64,000 bases of DNA from Oceanispirochaeta sp. (GTDB lineage Bacteria; Spirochaetota; Spirochaetia; DSM-2461): NCBI GenBank assembly GCA_963666275.2, contig CAXXOA010000002.1, positions 224,001-288,000 of the forward strand, in the 5' to 3' direction. Below are positions 31,234-41,130 of the stretch, piece after piece; the first letter of the stretch is position 1; each line of letters begins with the position of its first letter. The notes beneath the pieces are model-generated. The model saw nothing but the letters and a program-made list of their open reading frames with translations, was not told the origin of the DNA and made no database searches. Both the position numbers and the translations under genes were made by a program.

Positions 31234-31302
31234 CGGAATACCAAAGTTATAAATACAGAAGGGGGATAAAAAAATCTGCCGGTTTTTTCTCCATTTCTTC
31301 AT
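31219..31302 (-). CDS. Putative uraA leader peptide (27 aa, MKKWRKNRQIFLSPFCIYNFGIPALNF)
   Basis: ATG 31302 to TGA 31221-31219 inside the terminator; candidate promoter TTGACC-N18-(TG)TAAAAA 7 nt upstream. Confidence 0.55.
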   Translation of the reverse strand: MKKWRKNRQIFLSPFCIYNFGIPALNF

Positions 31303-31456
31303 AGTTCTTTTTTTATCATTTAACAAGCCCTACGGTCAAGGACATGTCTGACCAATTAATTAGACCGGCAGGCCACTTGCTCCCAGAAGGGCCTATCGGT
31401 ATGATTATCCCAGAGGATGGAAACAGGAAAGCCATCCTAACTTTCCGGAGGAATTT

Positions 31457-32083
31457 ATGAATTTAGTATGTCTGGACCTTGAAGGGGTCCTTGTACCCGA
31501 AATATGGATCAACTTTGCCTTGAAAACTGGAATCGAAGAACTGAAACTGACAACCCGGGATATCCCCGATTATGATGTTCTTATGAATAAGCGGCTGGGA
31601 ATCCTGGATGAACATGGTTTAAAACTGAGTGATATACAGGAAGTTATCAGTACAATGGATCCTCTCCCCGGAGGATACGATTTCCTTCAGCAGCTGAGAG
31701 AAAGAACCCAGGTGATTATCCTCTCCGATACATTCGATCAGTTTGCCTCTCCCCTTATGAAAAAACTGGACTGGCCCACCCTGTTCTGCAACACCCTGCT
31801 GATCGGGCCGGATGACAGGATAACCGGATACAGGCTGAGACAGAAAGACGGTAAAAAGAAAGCGATCGACGCCTTCCATTCCGCCGGATTCAGAGTCATG
31901 GCAGCAGGAGATTCCTATAACGATCTGACAATGATACAGCATGCGGACAAAGGGATGTTTTTCAGAGCTCCCGAGTCTATTTCACAGGAATACCCCGAGT
32001 ATCCCCTTGTCACTGAATACAGCGACCTTCTGGCCGGAGTGGATGAGTTTATTTCTCAAGGTATGGCAGCAGAGCCTGTTTAA
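31457..32083 (+). CDS. thrH: Phosphoserine phosphatase / homoserine phosphotransferase
   Basis: CLDLEGVLVPEIW, TTRDIPDYDVLM, ILSDTF, AAGDSYND. Confidence 0.95.
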   Translation: MNLVCLDLEGVLVPEIWINFALKTGIEELKLTTRDIPDYDVLMNKRLGILDEHGLKLSDIQEVISTMDPLPGGYDFLQQLRERTQVIILSDTFDQFASPLMKKLDWPTLFCNTLLIGPDDRITGYRLRQKDGKKKAIDAFHSAGFRVMAAGDSYNDLTMIQHADKGMFFRAPESISQEYPEYPLVTEYSDLLAGVDEFISQGMAAEPV

Positions 32084-34469
32084 CCCGTTCAAAAGCCTCC
32101 CGGACTTCCTGGTAGGCGGAACCGGCGTCTTCCGGCCTGTTGTCACGGCCGGAGAACTCCAGTTTTTCGGCGGCCTTTCCCAGCTCATCCATGGATAGAT
32201 TCCGGGAACTTCCCTTGATGGCATGACCGATACCACGAACCTCTTCCATCTGGGAAAAAACCCCGGGATCTTCAAGGCGGTTCAGATAGGTTTCCATCTG
32301 GGTAATAAATGGTTTCAGCAGAGAAACTAGCAGATCAAGGTCCCCCATAAAGGTATCGAGGGCCTGTTTCATATCAAAGATCGAATCTTCATCATCTGAA
32401 AGGTCTTCAGGAACACGATCCAGCTCCACGGGAATATCCGGCAACTCCTGTTCCACCTCTGTCAGCTCCTCCAGAGAGCCTGCTTCGTCAAGCTCTTCCA
32501 TAGCCAGCCAGCGATCCAGCAGAGGCTGGATATCCCTGTTTTTGAAAGGTTTGGGAAGGAAGTCTGACATCCCCGACTCCAGACACTTCTCTTTTTCCCC
32601 TTTCAGAGCATTGGCTGTGACAGCGACGATGGGAGTATGAATTCCGATTTCCCGGATCTTTCTTGTGGCTTCGTATCCGTTCATAACAGGCATCTGACAG
32701 TCCATAAAAATAAGATCGGGATTCTCACTTTCAGCCATTTCCACGGCATATTTGCCATTCTCCGCCAGAATAACCTGCAGGCCCTGCTTGGTAAGTATCG
32801 CTTCAAAAAGTTTTCTGTTTACAGGGTGATCCTCCGCGATCAGAACTTTTCCCTCCCATGTTTTCGGACGGGCCGGCTGATTATCATCTATGCCCCGCCT
32901 TCTATCACCTGACAGCTCCTCCAGCTCCTCCAGCTCACCGGCTTCCGATTTTTCAGGAAACATGGCAAGGATACACTTGTCCCAGAGATCCTTTTTCCGG
33001 ATAGGCTTGGTGATGTAGGCACTGAACCAGCCAAGAAGCTTCATCTTGGCTTCCTCGGTCCCCTTGGCTTTCAGGGACATGAGAATCAGAGCTGTTCTGG
33101 TCAGGGTATCATGCGCCCTGACCTGACTGGCCAGCTGCCACCCGTCAATATCGGGCATCAACTGATCGGTAATACAGATGTCGTAGGGCTGATCTTCCTG
33201 CCGGACCTTATCTTTCATTTTCTGGAAGGCTTCCCGGCCGCTGCCCGCTTCATCCACCCGGCATCCCCATAATGTGAGGTATTTGACCAGGATATTCCGT
33301 ATTTTCCAGTTGTCATCCACCAGAAGGATGGAAATGCCTTTCAGGTCATCCCCGTAGTGATACTCCTCTTCCGCCTCAGACAGGGCCCTGTCAAAAGTCA
33401 AAGTGAAGAAGAACTCCGAACCGATCCCCTCAGAACTCTCCACCTCAAGCTGACCGCCCATCTGGGCGACCAGATTACGGCAGATAGTGAGCCCCAGTCC
33501 GGTTCCCCCGTAGCGCCTTGTGGTGGAAGAGTCGGCCTGTGTGAATGCCTCGAACAGAGTATCTTTTTTACTGCCGGAAATACCGATTCCGCTGTCTTCA
33601 ACAGAAAACCGGATGGTCGTCCTGGTATCATTCTGCTCAACAAGACGAAGGTAGACCATCACCTGGCCGTCTTCTGTAAACTTGACAGCATTGTTTACAA
33701 GATTCATCACAATCTGCCTCAGCCTGGTGGGATCGCCCTTTACAGCAAGATCAGCGTCGGTATCGGCCAGAAATCCGACTTCGACACCTTTCTTATGAGC
33801 TTCCAGTGCGACAAGATCTACCGAATCCTCTATGAGATCCTGGAGATGGCAGACCGTATATTCCAGTTCGAGCTGACCGGCTTCTATTTTTGAAAAATCC
33901 AGTACATCATTGATAAGGGAAAGAAGGACATCCGCACTGAAACGGATCTGGGAACTGTACTCTTCCTGCTCCTGGTCCAGACGGGTCGTGTTCATCAGTT
34001 CGGACATTCCTATTATGGTATGTATGGGCGTCCGGATTTCATGACTCATATTCGCCAGAAAATCAGATTTGGTTTTTGTGGCCTTTTCAGCATCATAGCG
34101 GGCATTTTTCAGCATCCTTTCCCTATGATGCTGCTCTGTAATATCATCTTCGAAAACAAAAATATGAGAGTCCTGACTGGTACGCATCATGCGGATGGAA
34201 AACCAGTGGGTCCCTTTCTGCCGGATGGGAACGGCGATGGTCATCTGGTTCTGCCTTATATCAGACCCGAGAAAATTCTCCTGAAAATGCAGCCAGTCAT
34301 CGGACAGGGGGGCATAGCGGATTTTCAGAAGGTCGCCCTCATCATCAAAGAGACTCTTCAGTCTTGAATTGGAATACAGAGGCAATCCTTTGCTGTTCAG
34401 GATTCCCACACCTCTGGGAAGTTCATTGAACAATGCCGGCCAGTCAAGGTTCTCAGGTGTCTGAATCAT
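32049..34469 (-). CDS. Hybrid sensor histidine kinase (HisKA-HATPase-REC-REC-Hpt)
   Basis: FLANMSHEIRTP, NAVKFT, DSGIG, GGTGLGL, two REC domains, GHAIKGSS. Confidence 0.95.
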   Translation of the reverse strand: MIQTPENLDWPALFNELPRGVGILNSKGLPLYSNSRLKSLFDDEGDLLKIRYAPLSDDWLHFQENFLGSDIRQNQMTIAVPIRQKGTHWFSIRMMRTSQDSHIFVFEDDITEQHHRERMLKNARYDAEKATKTKSDFLANMSHEIRTPIHTIIGMSELMNTTRLDQEQEEYSSQIRFSADVLLSLINDVLDFSKIEAGQLELEYTVCHLQDLIEDSVDLVALEAHKKGVEVGFLADTDADLAVKGDPTRLRQIVMNLVNNAVKFTEDGQVMVYLRLVEQNDTRTTIRFSVEDSGIGISGSKKDTLFEAFTQADSSTTRRYGGTGLGLTICRNLVAQMGGQLEVESSEGIGSEFFFTLTFDRALSEAEEEYHYGDDLKGISILLVDDNWKIRNILVKYLTLWGCRVDEAGSGREAFQKMKDKVRQEDQPYDICITDQLMPDIDGWQLASQVRAHDTLTRTALILMSLKAKGTEEAKMKLLGWFSAYITKPIRKKDLWDKCILAMFPEKSEAGELEELEELSGDRRRGIDDNQPARPKTWEGKVLIAEDHPVNRKLFEAILTKQGLQVILAENGKYAVEMAESENPDLIFMDCQMPVMNGYEATRKIREIGIHTPIVAVTANALKGEKEKCLESGMSDFLPKPFKNRDIQPLLDRWLAMEELDEAGSLEELTEVEQELPDIPVELDRVPEDLSDDEDSIFDMKQALDTFMGDLDLLVSLLKPFITQMETYLNRLEDPGVFSQMEEVRGIGHAIKGSSRNLSMDELGKAAEKLEFSGRDNRPEDAGSAYQEVREAFERVKQALLPYLEK

Positions 34470-34472
34470 CTC

Positions 34473-35729
34473 CTACTCCGATAACTTTCGGACCATAACA
34501 TCGGCTATTTTTGAGACGATCCCGTCGGGTTTGGGGGGTTTGATTATATAGCTGTCGATTCCCAGTTCCTTGGCTTTCATGACACTCTCTTTTTTGGACA
34601 TGGCAGAGAGGATCAGCACAGGGAAGGTTTCCCCTCTCTGTTTGAGAATTTCAAGAACCTGAAATCCATCCATTCCCGGCATCATAAGATCCAGAAGGAG
34701 CAGTTCGGTTTTTTTCTGATCCAGCGAATCCACAAATGACTGTCCGTCGCTGTAGTAATCGGCGCTCCAGTTTGTCTGTTCCAGCGCCTTGGCCACAATG
34801 CTGTGAATAATAAAGTCGTCATCCACTATGGCAATGTTGATGCTCCGCTTGAGAAGCCCTGTTTTCATATTGGCGCTTTCATCCTGAAAATTCAGCTGAA
34901 AGGCCTCGTTGCTCCTCATCTCGCTATGGGAGGAGAGCAGAGAATCCTGCACATTGTTCTGCTCGGAGGTCATAGTCTCCAGACCTTTGATCCCCAGAAG
35001 ACCTGAAACAGCTTTATCCAGAGATTTAACAATCTCCACGAATTTAAAGACAGGATGGTACTTCAAATAGTTTTTGATATTGTCATCCAGTGTGAGAATC
35101 TTAACCTGCTTCAGATTTCCCACGAACTTTTCCACTTCCTCCAGAAGCTGTTCAAGCTTGGGTTCATCTTCCGTCCTGAAAGTGATGTCAGTCATCAGGA
35201 TCAGGATACGCGGATACTGGACTTTATACAGTTTAAGAAGCTCCGCCACCTTGTACTGGAGGAGGTTGATTTTCTCTTTATTGAAGCCCCTGGCAATCTC
35301 AATAAAAAGGATCTGATCATTCAGGTGGGCATCCAGAAGACAGGGGGTATCATCCAGTACGATCTCCACTCCCAGGAGCTCGGAAAGGGCTGCCAGAAGG
35401 GCGTCTATCTTAATGGGCTTATTCAGGAATTTTCTCACCCCGAAAGCCGCAACTTCCATGATTTTCTGACGGTCCACATTGGCAGAGGCCATGATGATGG
35501 GGATATCTTTGGCATTGGGGTCCTGCATCTTGTCCCGGAGGACATCCATACTGCTTTTCCGGGAAAGCATATAATCCATGATAATCACATCGGGAAGAAC
35601 ACTTCTGATTTTGGAAATGCCATCCAGACCGTTGATAGCCGGAGTAACTTCAAAACCATAGGTTGAGAGCTGTTTCTGCATAAAATCCCTGTACATGGGA
35701 GAATCATCAATGACGAGTACTTTTTTCAT
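34473..35729 (-). CDS. Response regulator with two receiver domains
   Basis: VIDDS..IIMDYML at the N terminus and IVDDD..LLDLMMPGMDG at the C terminus. Confidence 0.9.
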   Translation of the reverse strand: MKKVLVIDDSPMYRDFMQKQLSTYGFEVTPAINGLDGISKIRSVLPDVIIMDYMLSRKSSMDVLRDKMQDPNAKDIPIIMASANVDRQKIMEVAAFGVRKFLNKPIKIDALLAALSELLGVEIVLDDTPCLLDAHLNDQILFIEIARGFNKEKINLLQYKVAELLKLYKVQYPRILILMTDITFRTEDEPKLEQLLEEVEKFVGNLKQVKILTLDDNIKNYLKYHPVFKFVEIVKSLDKAVSGLLGIKGLETMTSEQNNVQDSLLSSHSEMRSNEAFQLNFQDESANMKTGLLKRSINIAIVDDDFIIHSIVAKALEQTNWSADYYSDGQSFVDSLDQKKTELLLLDLMMPGMDGFQVLEILKQRGETFPVLILSAMSKKESVMKAKELGIDSYIIKPPKPDGIVSKIADVMVRKLSE

Positions 35730-35828
35730 CAGGAGAACCTTTAAGACATATTATTTTATTTATACCACAATTCTGCTCTTATCTCTAGAAAGATTGCATC
35801 TTTTACCCATACCATCCATAATTCCCCC

Positions 35829-36998
35829 ATGGAAGAGTTCTTATATTCGGGGAATCCCCGCACCCTGACAATTGAGACTGTCCGTATGGATGCGGAAACC
35901 GATTCGGGAGAAGAACAGAGACTGCTTCTGGGAAGCGCCGTCTTTGACGAAGCCGGAAGGATGGTGAAGAAACGGGAACCCAGAAGAACGACAGCCTATG
36001 AGTACGACGAAAAGGGCAACTGCATTGGAGAATCTGTCTTTTCAGGCGACGGCAACCTGATAGACCGGACGGACCGGACCTTTATTCAGGATCAGCTGAC
36101 AGAAGAACTCCGGGGCAGGGAAAAAATTACCTTTCACTATAACAGCCGGGGCCTGAAAGATTATGTCACAACATTCCGGGACTCCCACCAGGAAAGCATC
36201 TCCTCCTTCGGCTATGACGAACAGAACAGGCTGATTCAGATAGATGTCAGAGATCCGGAAGGACACCTCCTCAGATCAACCCTGCTGGAAAGAAACGAGA
36301 AAGATATGATTGTCCGGGAGAAAATCATAAACCAGGACAACATGCTCCTGGAAAACAACCTCTATGAGTACCCGGTTTTCCATCAGGGAAACTGGCTGAA
36401 AAGGATCTGCTACTCCCTGAATGAAAGGGGAGAAAAAACGCCCGTGGAAGCCCTTTACAGAAGCGTTTCTTTTGATGCGGCAGACAATAGCAGCGTGTCA
36501 GCGGAAAGGGATATTTCCAGCCGGACGCCCCTTTCCGCGGAAGCCCCCGAAGAGAGAGGGGAAGAGACTCTTCCGGAGGACACTCCTTCTGAAGAAAGAG
36601 GAGAGGAAAACGGAACAGTCCGCTTCCGAAATGGGATCTACCGGGGCAACCTGGACAGCTCCGGAACCCCGGAAGGGACAGGAGTGTTCGAAGGGAGTGA
36701 CGGGACTCACTATTCTGGAGAATTCCGCAAAGGCAGACTCCACGGCAGGGGGGACCTGGTAACCCCCGACGGCAGGCACTACAGGGGAGATTTCATGGAG
36801 AACCAGCCCCACGGGGAGGGAGAATGCCTCTGGCCCGACGGCAGGAGATACAAGGGAAATTTCTCACAGGGCAAAATGCACGGGATCGGCGTATTCTACT
36901 GGCCCGACGGCAGCCGTTTTACAGGACTCTTCGACAATAACAGTCCTACGGAACAGGGCCTGCTGGAATCGGAAAACGACAGGGAGGAAAGGCTTTGA
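35829..36998 (+). CDS. YD/RHS-like repeat plus MORN repeat protein
   Basis: YEYDEKGN, FHYNSRG, GYDEQNRL; C-terminal YSGEFRKGRLHGRG, YRGDF..QPHGEG, YKGNF..GKMHGIG. Confidence 0.8.
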   Translation: MEEFLYSGNPRTLTIETVRMDAETDSGEEQRLLLGSAVFDEAGRMVKKREPRRTTAYEYDEKGNCIGESVFSGDGNLIDRTDRTFIQDQLTEELRGREKITFHYNSRGLKDYVTTFRDSHQESISSFGYDEQNRLIQIDVRDPEGHLLRSTLLERNEKDMIVREKIINQDNMLLENNLYEYPVFHQGNWLKRICYSLNERGEKTPVEALYRSVSFDAADNSSVSAERDISSRTPLSAEAPEERGEETLPEDTPSEERGEENGTVRFRNGIYRGNLDSSGTPEGTGVFEGSDGTHYSGEFRKGRLHGRGDLVTPDGRHYRGDFMENQPHGEGECLWPDGRRYKGNFSQGKMHGIGVFYWPDGSRFTGLFDNNSPTEQGLLESENDREERL

Positions 36999-37654
36999 GA
37001 TACCCCTGCCTGATCCTGGATCATGACGATACATCGGTGGAGAGTACTCCCCGGATTCACTATCCTGCCCACCTGGAAGTAATGAAACTTCTTCGGCCGG
37101 GAGTCGCTCCCGTGTCGCTGGAAACCTGGTTTCTGAAAAATTTCTCTCCGGGCATAATGGAGTATATGACGGGGGAACTGGGATTCTCCCCGGAAGAGAT
37201 CCGGAAGGAATATGAGATCTGGCGATCCTTTACTCAGGAGCGCATACCGGCTTTTTTTCCGGAGTTTCTGGAAACCCTCAGAGAGTACAAGTCCCGGGGC
37301 GGCATCATCACAGTGGTGTCCCACTCGGAGGAAGATCTTATCAGAAGAGATTACAGGGCTGCCGGCGCTGAAGATCTTCCCGAAATGGTATTCGGCTGGG
37401 ACTTTGATCCGGCAAAACGGAAACCCCACCCCTACCCGGTACAGCGGATCCTTGAGAATTACGGGCTCTCACCCGGTCAGGCGCTGATTCTGGACGACCT
37501 GAAACCTGCCGTCGAGATGAGCCGTACCAGCGGTGTCGCCATCGCCGCAGCCGGATGGGGACATCAGATACGGGAAATCAGAAGCTATATGGAGAAATCC
37601 TGCCAGAACTACTTCAGCTCTGTTGCGGAGTTCAGAGATTTCCTGCTTTCTTGA
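36995..37654 (+). CDS. HAD family hydrolase
   Basis: LDHDDT, KPHP, LDD; TTG start overlaps the upstream stop. Confidence 0.85.
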   Translation: MRYPCLILDHDDTSVESTPRIHYPAHLEVMKLLRPGVAPVSLETWFLKNFSPGIMEYMTGELGFSPEEIRKEYEIWRSFTQERIPAFFPEFLETLREYKSRGGIITVVSHSEEDLIRRDYRAAGAEDLPEMVFGWDFDPAKRKPHPYPVQRILENYGLSPGQALILDDLKPAVEMSRTSGVAIAAAGWGHQIREIRSYMEKSCQNYFSSVAEFRDFLLS

Positions 37655-37958
37655 GAAACTGGTCGATCTCTTCTCTTGTTTTCCGGGCAGTGCTGACAAA
37701 ACGTTCTGTTTCCTTTCCCTTCTGAAAAACAACAAAACTGGGTATTCCGAAAATATTCAGCTCCTGGCAGAGATCCAGAAAGGGATCCCGGTCAATAGAG
37801 ATGAAGTCGAAGTGATCGCCATATTCTTTTTCAAGTTCCGGCATCACAGGCTTGATGACCTGACAGTCGGGACACCAGTCAGCGGTAAAAAGAGCACAGA
37901 CCGGTTTTTCTGATTCAATTTTATTATTAAAATGGTTAATGTCTTTAATATTTTCCAT
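37632..37958 (-). CDS. Thioredoxin family protein
   Basis: FTADWCPDC, GIPSF. Confidence 0.9.
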   Translation of the reverse strand: MENIKDINHFNNKIESEKPVCALFTADWCPDCQVIKPVMPELEKEYGDHFDFISIDRDPFLDLCQELNIFGIPSFVVFQKGKETERFVSTARKTREEIDQFLKKAGNL

Positions 37959-38066
37959 ATTAGAATGTCTCCTGTCACATAAGCGTATCTTTTTCTCCAG
38001 GCAATCCTTGCATAGAGCAATAAGTAGACTATAGTATATATATTAGAAATATAATAGGAGATACCC

Positions 38067-38366
38067 ATGTTTGATTCCCTGAATTATGAAACTGTTGAAG
38101 GAAAAAATACGGAAAAAAAGCTGACTCTTTTTGCTCTGACAACCTGCAGCTTCTGCAAAAAAGCCAAAGCCTTTCTTGAGGAGAATGGATTTCAGTACCG
38201 CTATATCAATATGGATAAAATTGATCCAGATGAAAAACGGGAATTCAAAGAAGAATTTGCCGGGAAGTTCAACAAGCGTCTGACCTATCCGACCCTTCTC
38301 ATTGACGACGAAGAACTGCTGACAGGATTTATCCGTATTGCCTGGGAAAAGGAGCTGATGTCCTAG
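38067..38366 (+). CDS. Glutaredoxin-like protein
   Basis: CSFCKKAK, YPTL, GF. Confidence 0.88.
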   Translation: MFDSLNYETVEGKNTEKKLTLFALTTCSFCKKAKAFLEENGFQYRYINMDKIDPDEKREFKEEFAGKFNKRLTYPTLLIDDEELLTGFIRIAWEKELMS

Positions 38367-38705
38367 ATGAAAGAGAAGACCCTTTCCGACGTAACAGATT
38401 TTCTCAGGGCTGTGACCAGCAAACAGTCCCTGATACTCAATCCTGATACAGAACAGGTCAATACAGTAGCCCAGGGACTCATGGAAAACTACAACACTCT
38501 GGGTTATTTCTGCTGCCCCTGCCGGGAACCATGGAATGACAGAAAAAAAGACAGGGACATTACCTGCCCCTGCGATTACTGCCAACCTGACGTCGAAGAG
38601 TTCGGACAGTGTTTCTGTGGATTGTTTGTTTCAGAAGAGGCCGCATCTTCCGGCATGGAACTGAGTTCCATACCAGACAGAAGGGACGATGAACGATACC
38701 CCTGA
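38367..38705 (+). CDS. Ferredoxin:thioredoxin reductase catalytic subunit-like protein
   Basis: CPCR...CPC...CFCGLF. Confidence 0.88.
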   Translation: MKEKTLSDVTDFLRAVTSKQSLILNPDTEQVNTVAQGLMENYNTLGYFCCPCREPWNDRKKDRDITCPCDYCQPDVEEFGQCFCGLFVSEEAASSGMELSSIPDRRDDERYP

Positions 38706-38712
38706 ACCGGGG

Positions 38713-39042
38713 TCATTCAGCAGGGATTTCTCCCATGTCACGGAGCTCTTCAAGAGCTGCATCTTTCTCTTTGACTTTTGTCTTTTTAATTGCTTTACGC
38801 AGAATATTATTCCACTGCTTTTCGGGAATTTCCTCTTTCATCTCTTCCAGAATAAGGAGGATCTCGTCGCTGCTCTCAATGTTGTAAATTTTGTTCCCGT
38901 CATGAAAAAAGAGATCTGCCATCTCATTGATATAGTCTCCGACGCTTCTTTCTCTTTTTGCCACTTTCCTCGCCAGGACTTCTTCTTTTTTTCGCGCTTT
39001 TTTTAAATCCCGGTCTTTTCTGGCAATGTCTGTACTTTTCAT
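38713..39042 (-). CDS. Hypothetical charged protein
   Basis: 109 aa ORF with GAGG SD. Confidence 0.7.
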   Translation of the reverse strand: MKSTDIARKDRDLKKARKKEEVLARKVAKRERSVGDYINEMADLFFHDGNKIYNIESSDEILLILEEMKEEIPEKQWNNILRKAIKKTKVKEKDAALEELRDMGEIPAE

Positions 39043-39115
39043 ATGCTTACCTCACTGCAAAACCGGTTAGAATATAACGCTTCAGGAAAGAAATGGCAAC
39101 CGGAATAACCGGCAA

Positions 39116-39715
39116 TCAGGGGAATAGGAGATTCAGACCGTCATGAATACCCCACAACCACTGATCCCGGTCTCCCACAGCGGTTGCCATAAGAAGGGCC
39201 TCGGTATAGGTGATCGTGTCATTCCATGGTTCAAAGATATTCTCGGCAGAATGGATTCGTATAACATAGTTCTCTTTATAATGCTGAGTTACAGCTTCCA
39301 GCCAGTACTGCCGGGTTCCCGAATAATACTCTTCTATCACTTCATAAATGGCGGGACCCGGTTTTTCCAGAGAAAAGACAAACTCCAGTCCCTGCCTGCT
39401 GTAAAGGATCCTTCCTCTGTCATCCATCAAAGGAACCAGGCTGTTATAGACCTCCCCGGAAAGCACAACTGCCGTCAGAAAACTCTCCTCGTCCAGAGCG
39501 GGAGACAGGACCGGCAGTGTTTCGGACCGGGCAAAAGCGCTTAACTTTACACTTCGTAAAACACTCCGGTACTCGGACCGGCCGAAGCGGCCATCATCAA
39601 AGTCATCATACACAGTGACCATCTCTTCCGCTCCGGCGGAGAAGACGGAGATGATAGTGACAAGGAGTACGGGAAAGACGATGCTACAGAGAGAATGTGA
39701 CCTTTTCAACCTCAT
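39116..39715 (-). CDS. Hypothetical exported protein
   Basis: ATG 39715, signal peptide ending SAGA-EE; overlaps the upstream gene. Confidence 0.6.
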   Translation of the reverse strand: MRLKRSHSLCSIVFPVLLVTIISVFSAGAEEMVTVYDDFDDGRFGRSEYRSVLRSVKLSAFARSETLPVLSPALDEESFLTAVVLSGEVYNSLVPLMDDRGRILYSRQGLEFVFSLEKPGPAIYEVIEEYYSGTRQYWLEAVTQHYKENYVIRIHSAENIFEPWNDTITYTEALLMATAVGDRDQWLWGIHDGLNLLFP

Positions 39716-40436
39716 ATCCGGCTCCTTTGAACAGCTCCGACAAAAGAGAAGCCGCACTGGCTTCCGCCTCACGGAGAATTCCCTTGTCCACGGCCATTGT
39801 GACAATCTCCGGCATCAGGGTTTCTATGAGCCGGCTCCACTGCTGGGGCGTCATATCCACCTCCGGATACACCTGCCCGCCCTTTGGTCTGTCATAAATA
39901 ATTATATCAGTAATGCCGGCAGGGGGTAAGCGGAGATTCAACTTTTTATCCTCCTCCGTTTCAAGTGAAAACCGGGGAAGATCATTTTCCAGCAGCCGGA
40001 AACCCGCTTTGATCCCCGCTGAGACGACAAGGAAGGAATCCGGATCTCTGGCGGGATCAAGACCGTTTTCCCGGCACATTCTGTAGACAGAGGCATATTT
40101 CCACTGTTCGGGAATTTCCCTGTCGGGATAGAGTTCCGGATTGTCCTGAAGAAGGAACGCCGCAGGATCGCTGTTATAGAAACGCTGCATCTCCCTCCAG
40201 GGAACTGAATCCCTGTCCTGCGGGTCTATAAAATCGTAGGGAAAGATAACTTTCATTGTATATTCAGAAGAGTTCAGCAGAGAGTCCTCTGTAGACTCAA
40301 CCAGAGAGGAGTAGACCGAAACGGATCTCTGTTCCCTCCAGAGGGGAAGCGGAAAACCGGTAAAGGAAAAACCCGTCAGCACAAGCATGAGGAATGCAGC
40401 AGCCAGGGCGGCGAAGAGTATGGGGCGGATCTTCAT
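39684..40436 (-). CDS. DUF4230-like membrane-anchored protein
   Basis: IKAGF, LRLPPAGIT, AVDKGILREAE...LFKGAGYEV. Confidence 0.6.
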   Translation of the reverse strand: MKIRPILFAALAAAFLMLVLTGFSFTGFPLPLWREQRSVSVYSSLVESTEDSLLNSSEYTMKVIFPYDFIDPQDRDSVPWREMQRFYNSDPAAFLLQDNPELYPDREIPEQWKYASVYRMCRENGLDPARDPDSFLVVSAGIKAGFRLLENDLPRFSLETEEDKKLNLRLPPAGITDIIIYDRPKGGQVYPEVDMTPQQWSRLIETLMPEIVTMAVDKGILREAEASAASLLSELFKGAGYEVEKVTFSL

Positions 40437-41020
40437 AGGAGCTCTCTCCTGAATGTAACGATGACATGGTCATATCCTGTCATTTTCAGCATCCCCGAAA
40501 AGATCTGCTGAGCCCGGATCTCCGCTTCCTTCTCAATCCCCTTTTCCCGGGCCTGTTGACGTATATTGTCCTTTTCACCGGTCAGAAGCGGGAGGTAGTC
40601 TCCCGTGGTAATGGTTGAGAAGCGTTCTTTTGTAAAAACCTGCTCCAGAGAGGTGTCATCCGCATCCACCAGCAGAATTTCTCCTGCCGGAAGGGTCAGG
40701 TAGGCAGAGTTCCCCTGAATTTCAAGGGAAAACCCCTTAGACAGATCGATACCTGCGGTCACATGAAAATCCGCAGTAAAAAGGAGGGATCTCTCCTGCA
40801 GGAAGTTCTCCTTTACAGTCGTGTAAATGACACTCCGGTATACCTGGCGGTTCGTGACAAGCTCCCGGATCCGGGTCAGTTCCTCATAAACCTGCTGCTC
40901 CCTGATGATGCGGTTGTGCTTCTGCACCAGAAAAAAGATTCCGCCAGCACCGCAGCACAGAAAGATGAGGAGAAGAGAGAGGGAGAGAACTCTCCGGGAA
41001 GATCTGTTTTTCTCAGACAT
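40433..41020 (-). CDS. DUF4230-like membrane-anchored protein
   Basis: VTAGIDLS, LTLPAGEIL, AREKGIEKEAE...MTGYDHVIVTF; ATG 41020. Confidence 0.7.
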   Translation of the reverse strand: MSEKNRSSRRVLSLSLLLIFLCCGAGGIFFLVQKHNRIIREQQVYEELTRIRELVTNRQVYRSVIYTTVKENFLQERSLLFTADFHVTAGIDLSKGFSLEIQGNSAYLTLPAGEILLVDADDTSLEQVFTKERFSTITTGDYLPLLTGEKDNIRQQAREKGIEKEAEIRAQQIFSGMLKMTGYDHVIVTFRRELL

Positions 41021-41130
41021 AGACCTATTATGACCTGCCGGTAAAAGAGAAATCAATCATTTATTTCAGAATAGGAGAATTTATGTATATTATAGAGTCT
41101 CTCCCCGAAAGAGAGTTCAGCGGGGAGGGA

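Noticed and set aside
30061..31269. 402-aa + strand ORF
   Set aside because: Antisense to uraA, with no recognisable motifs.
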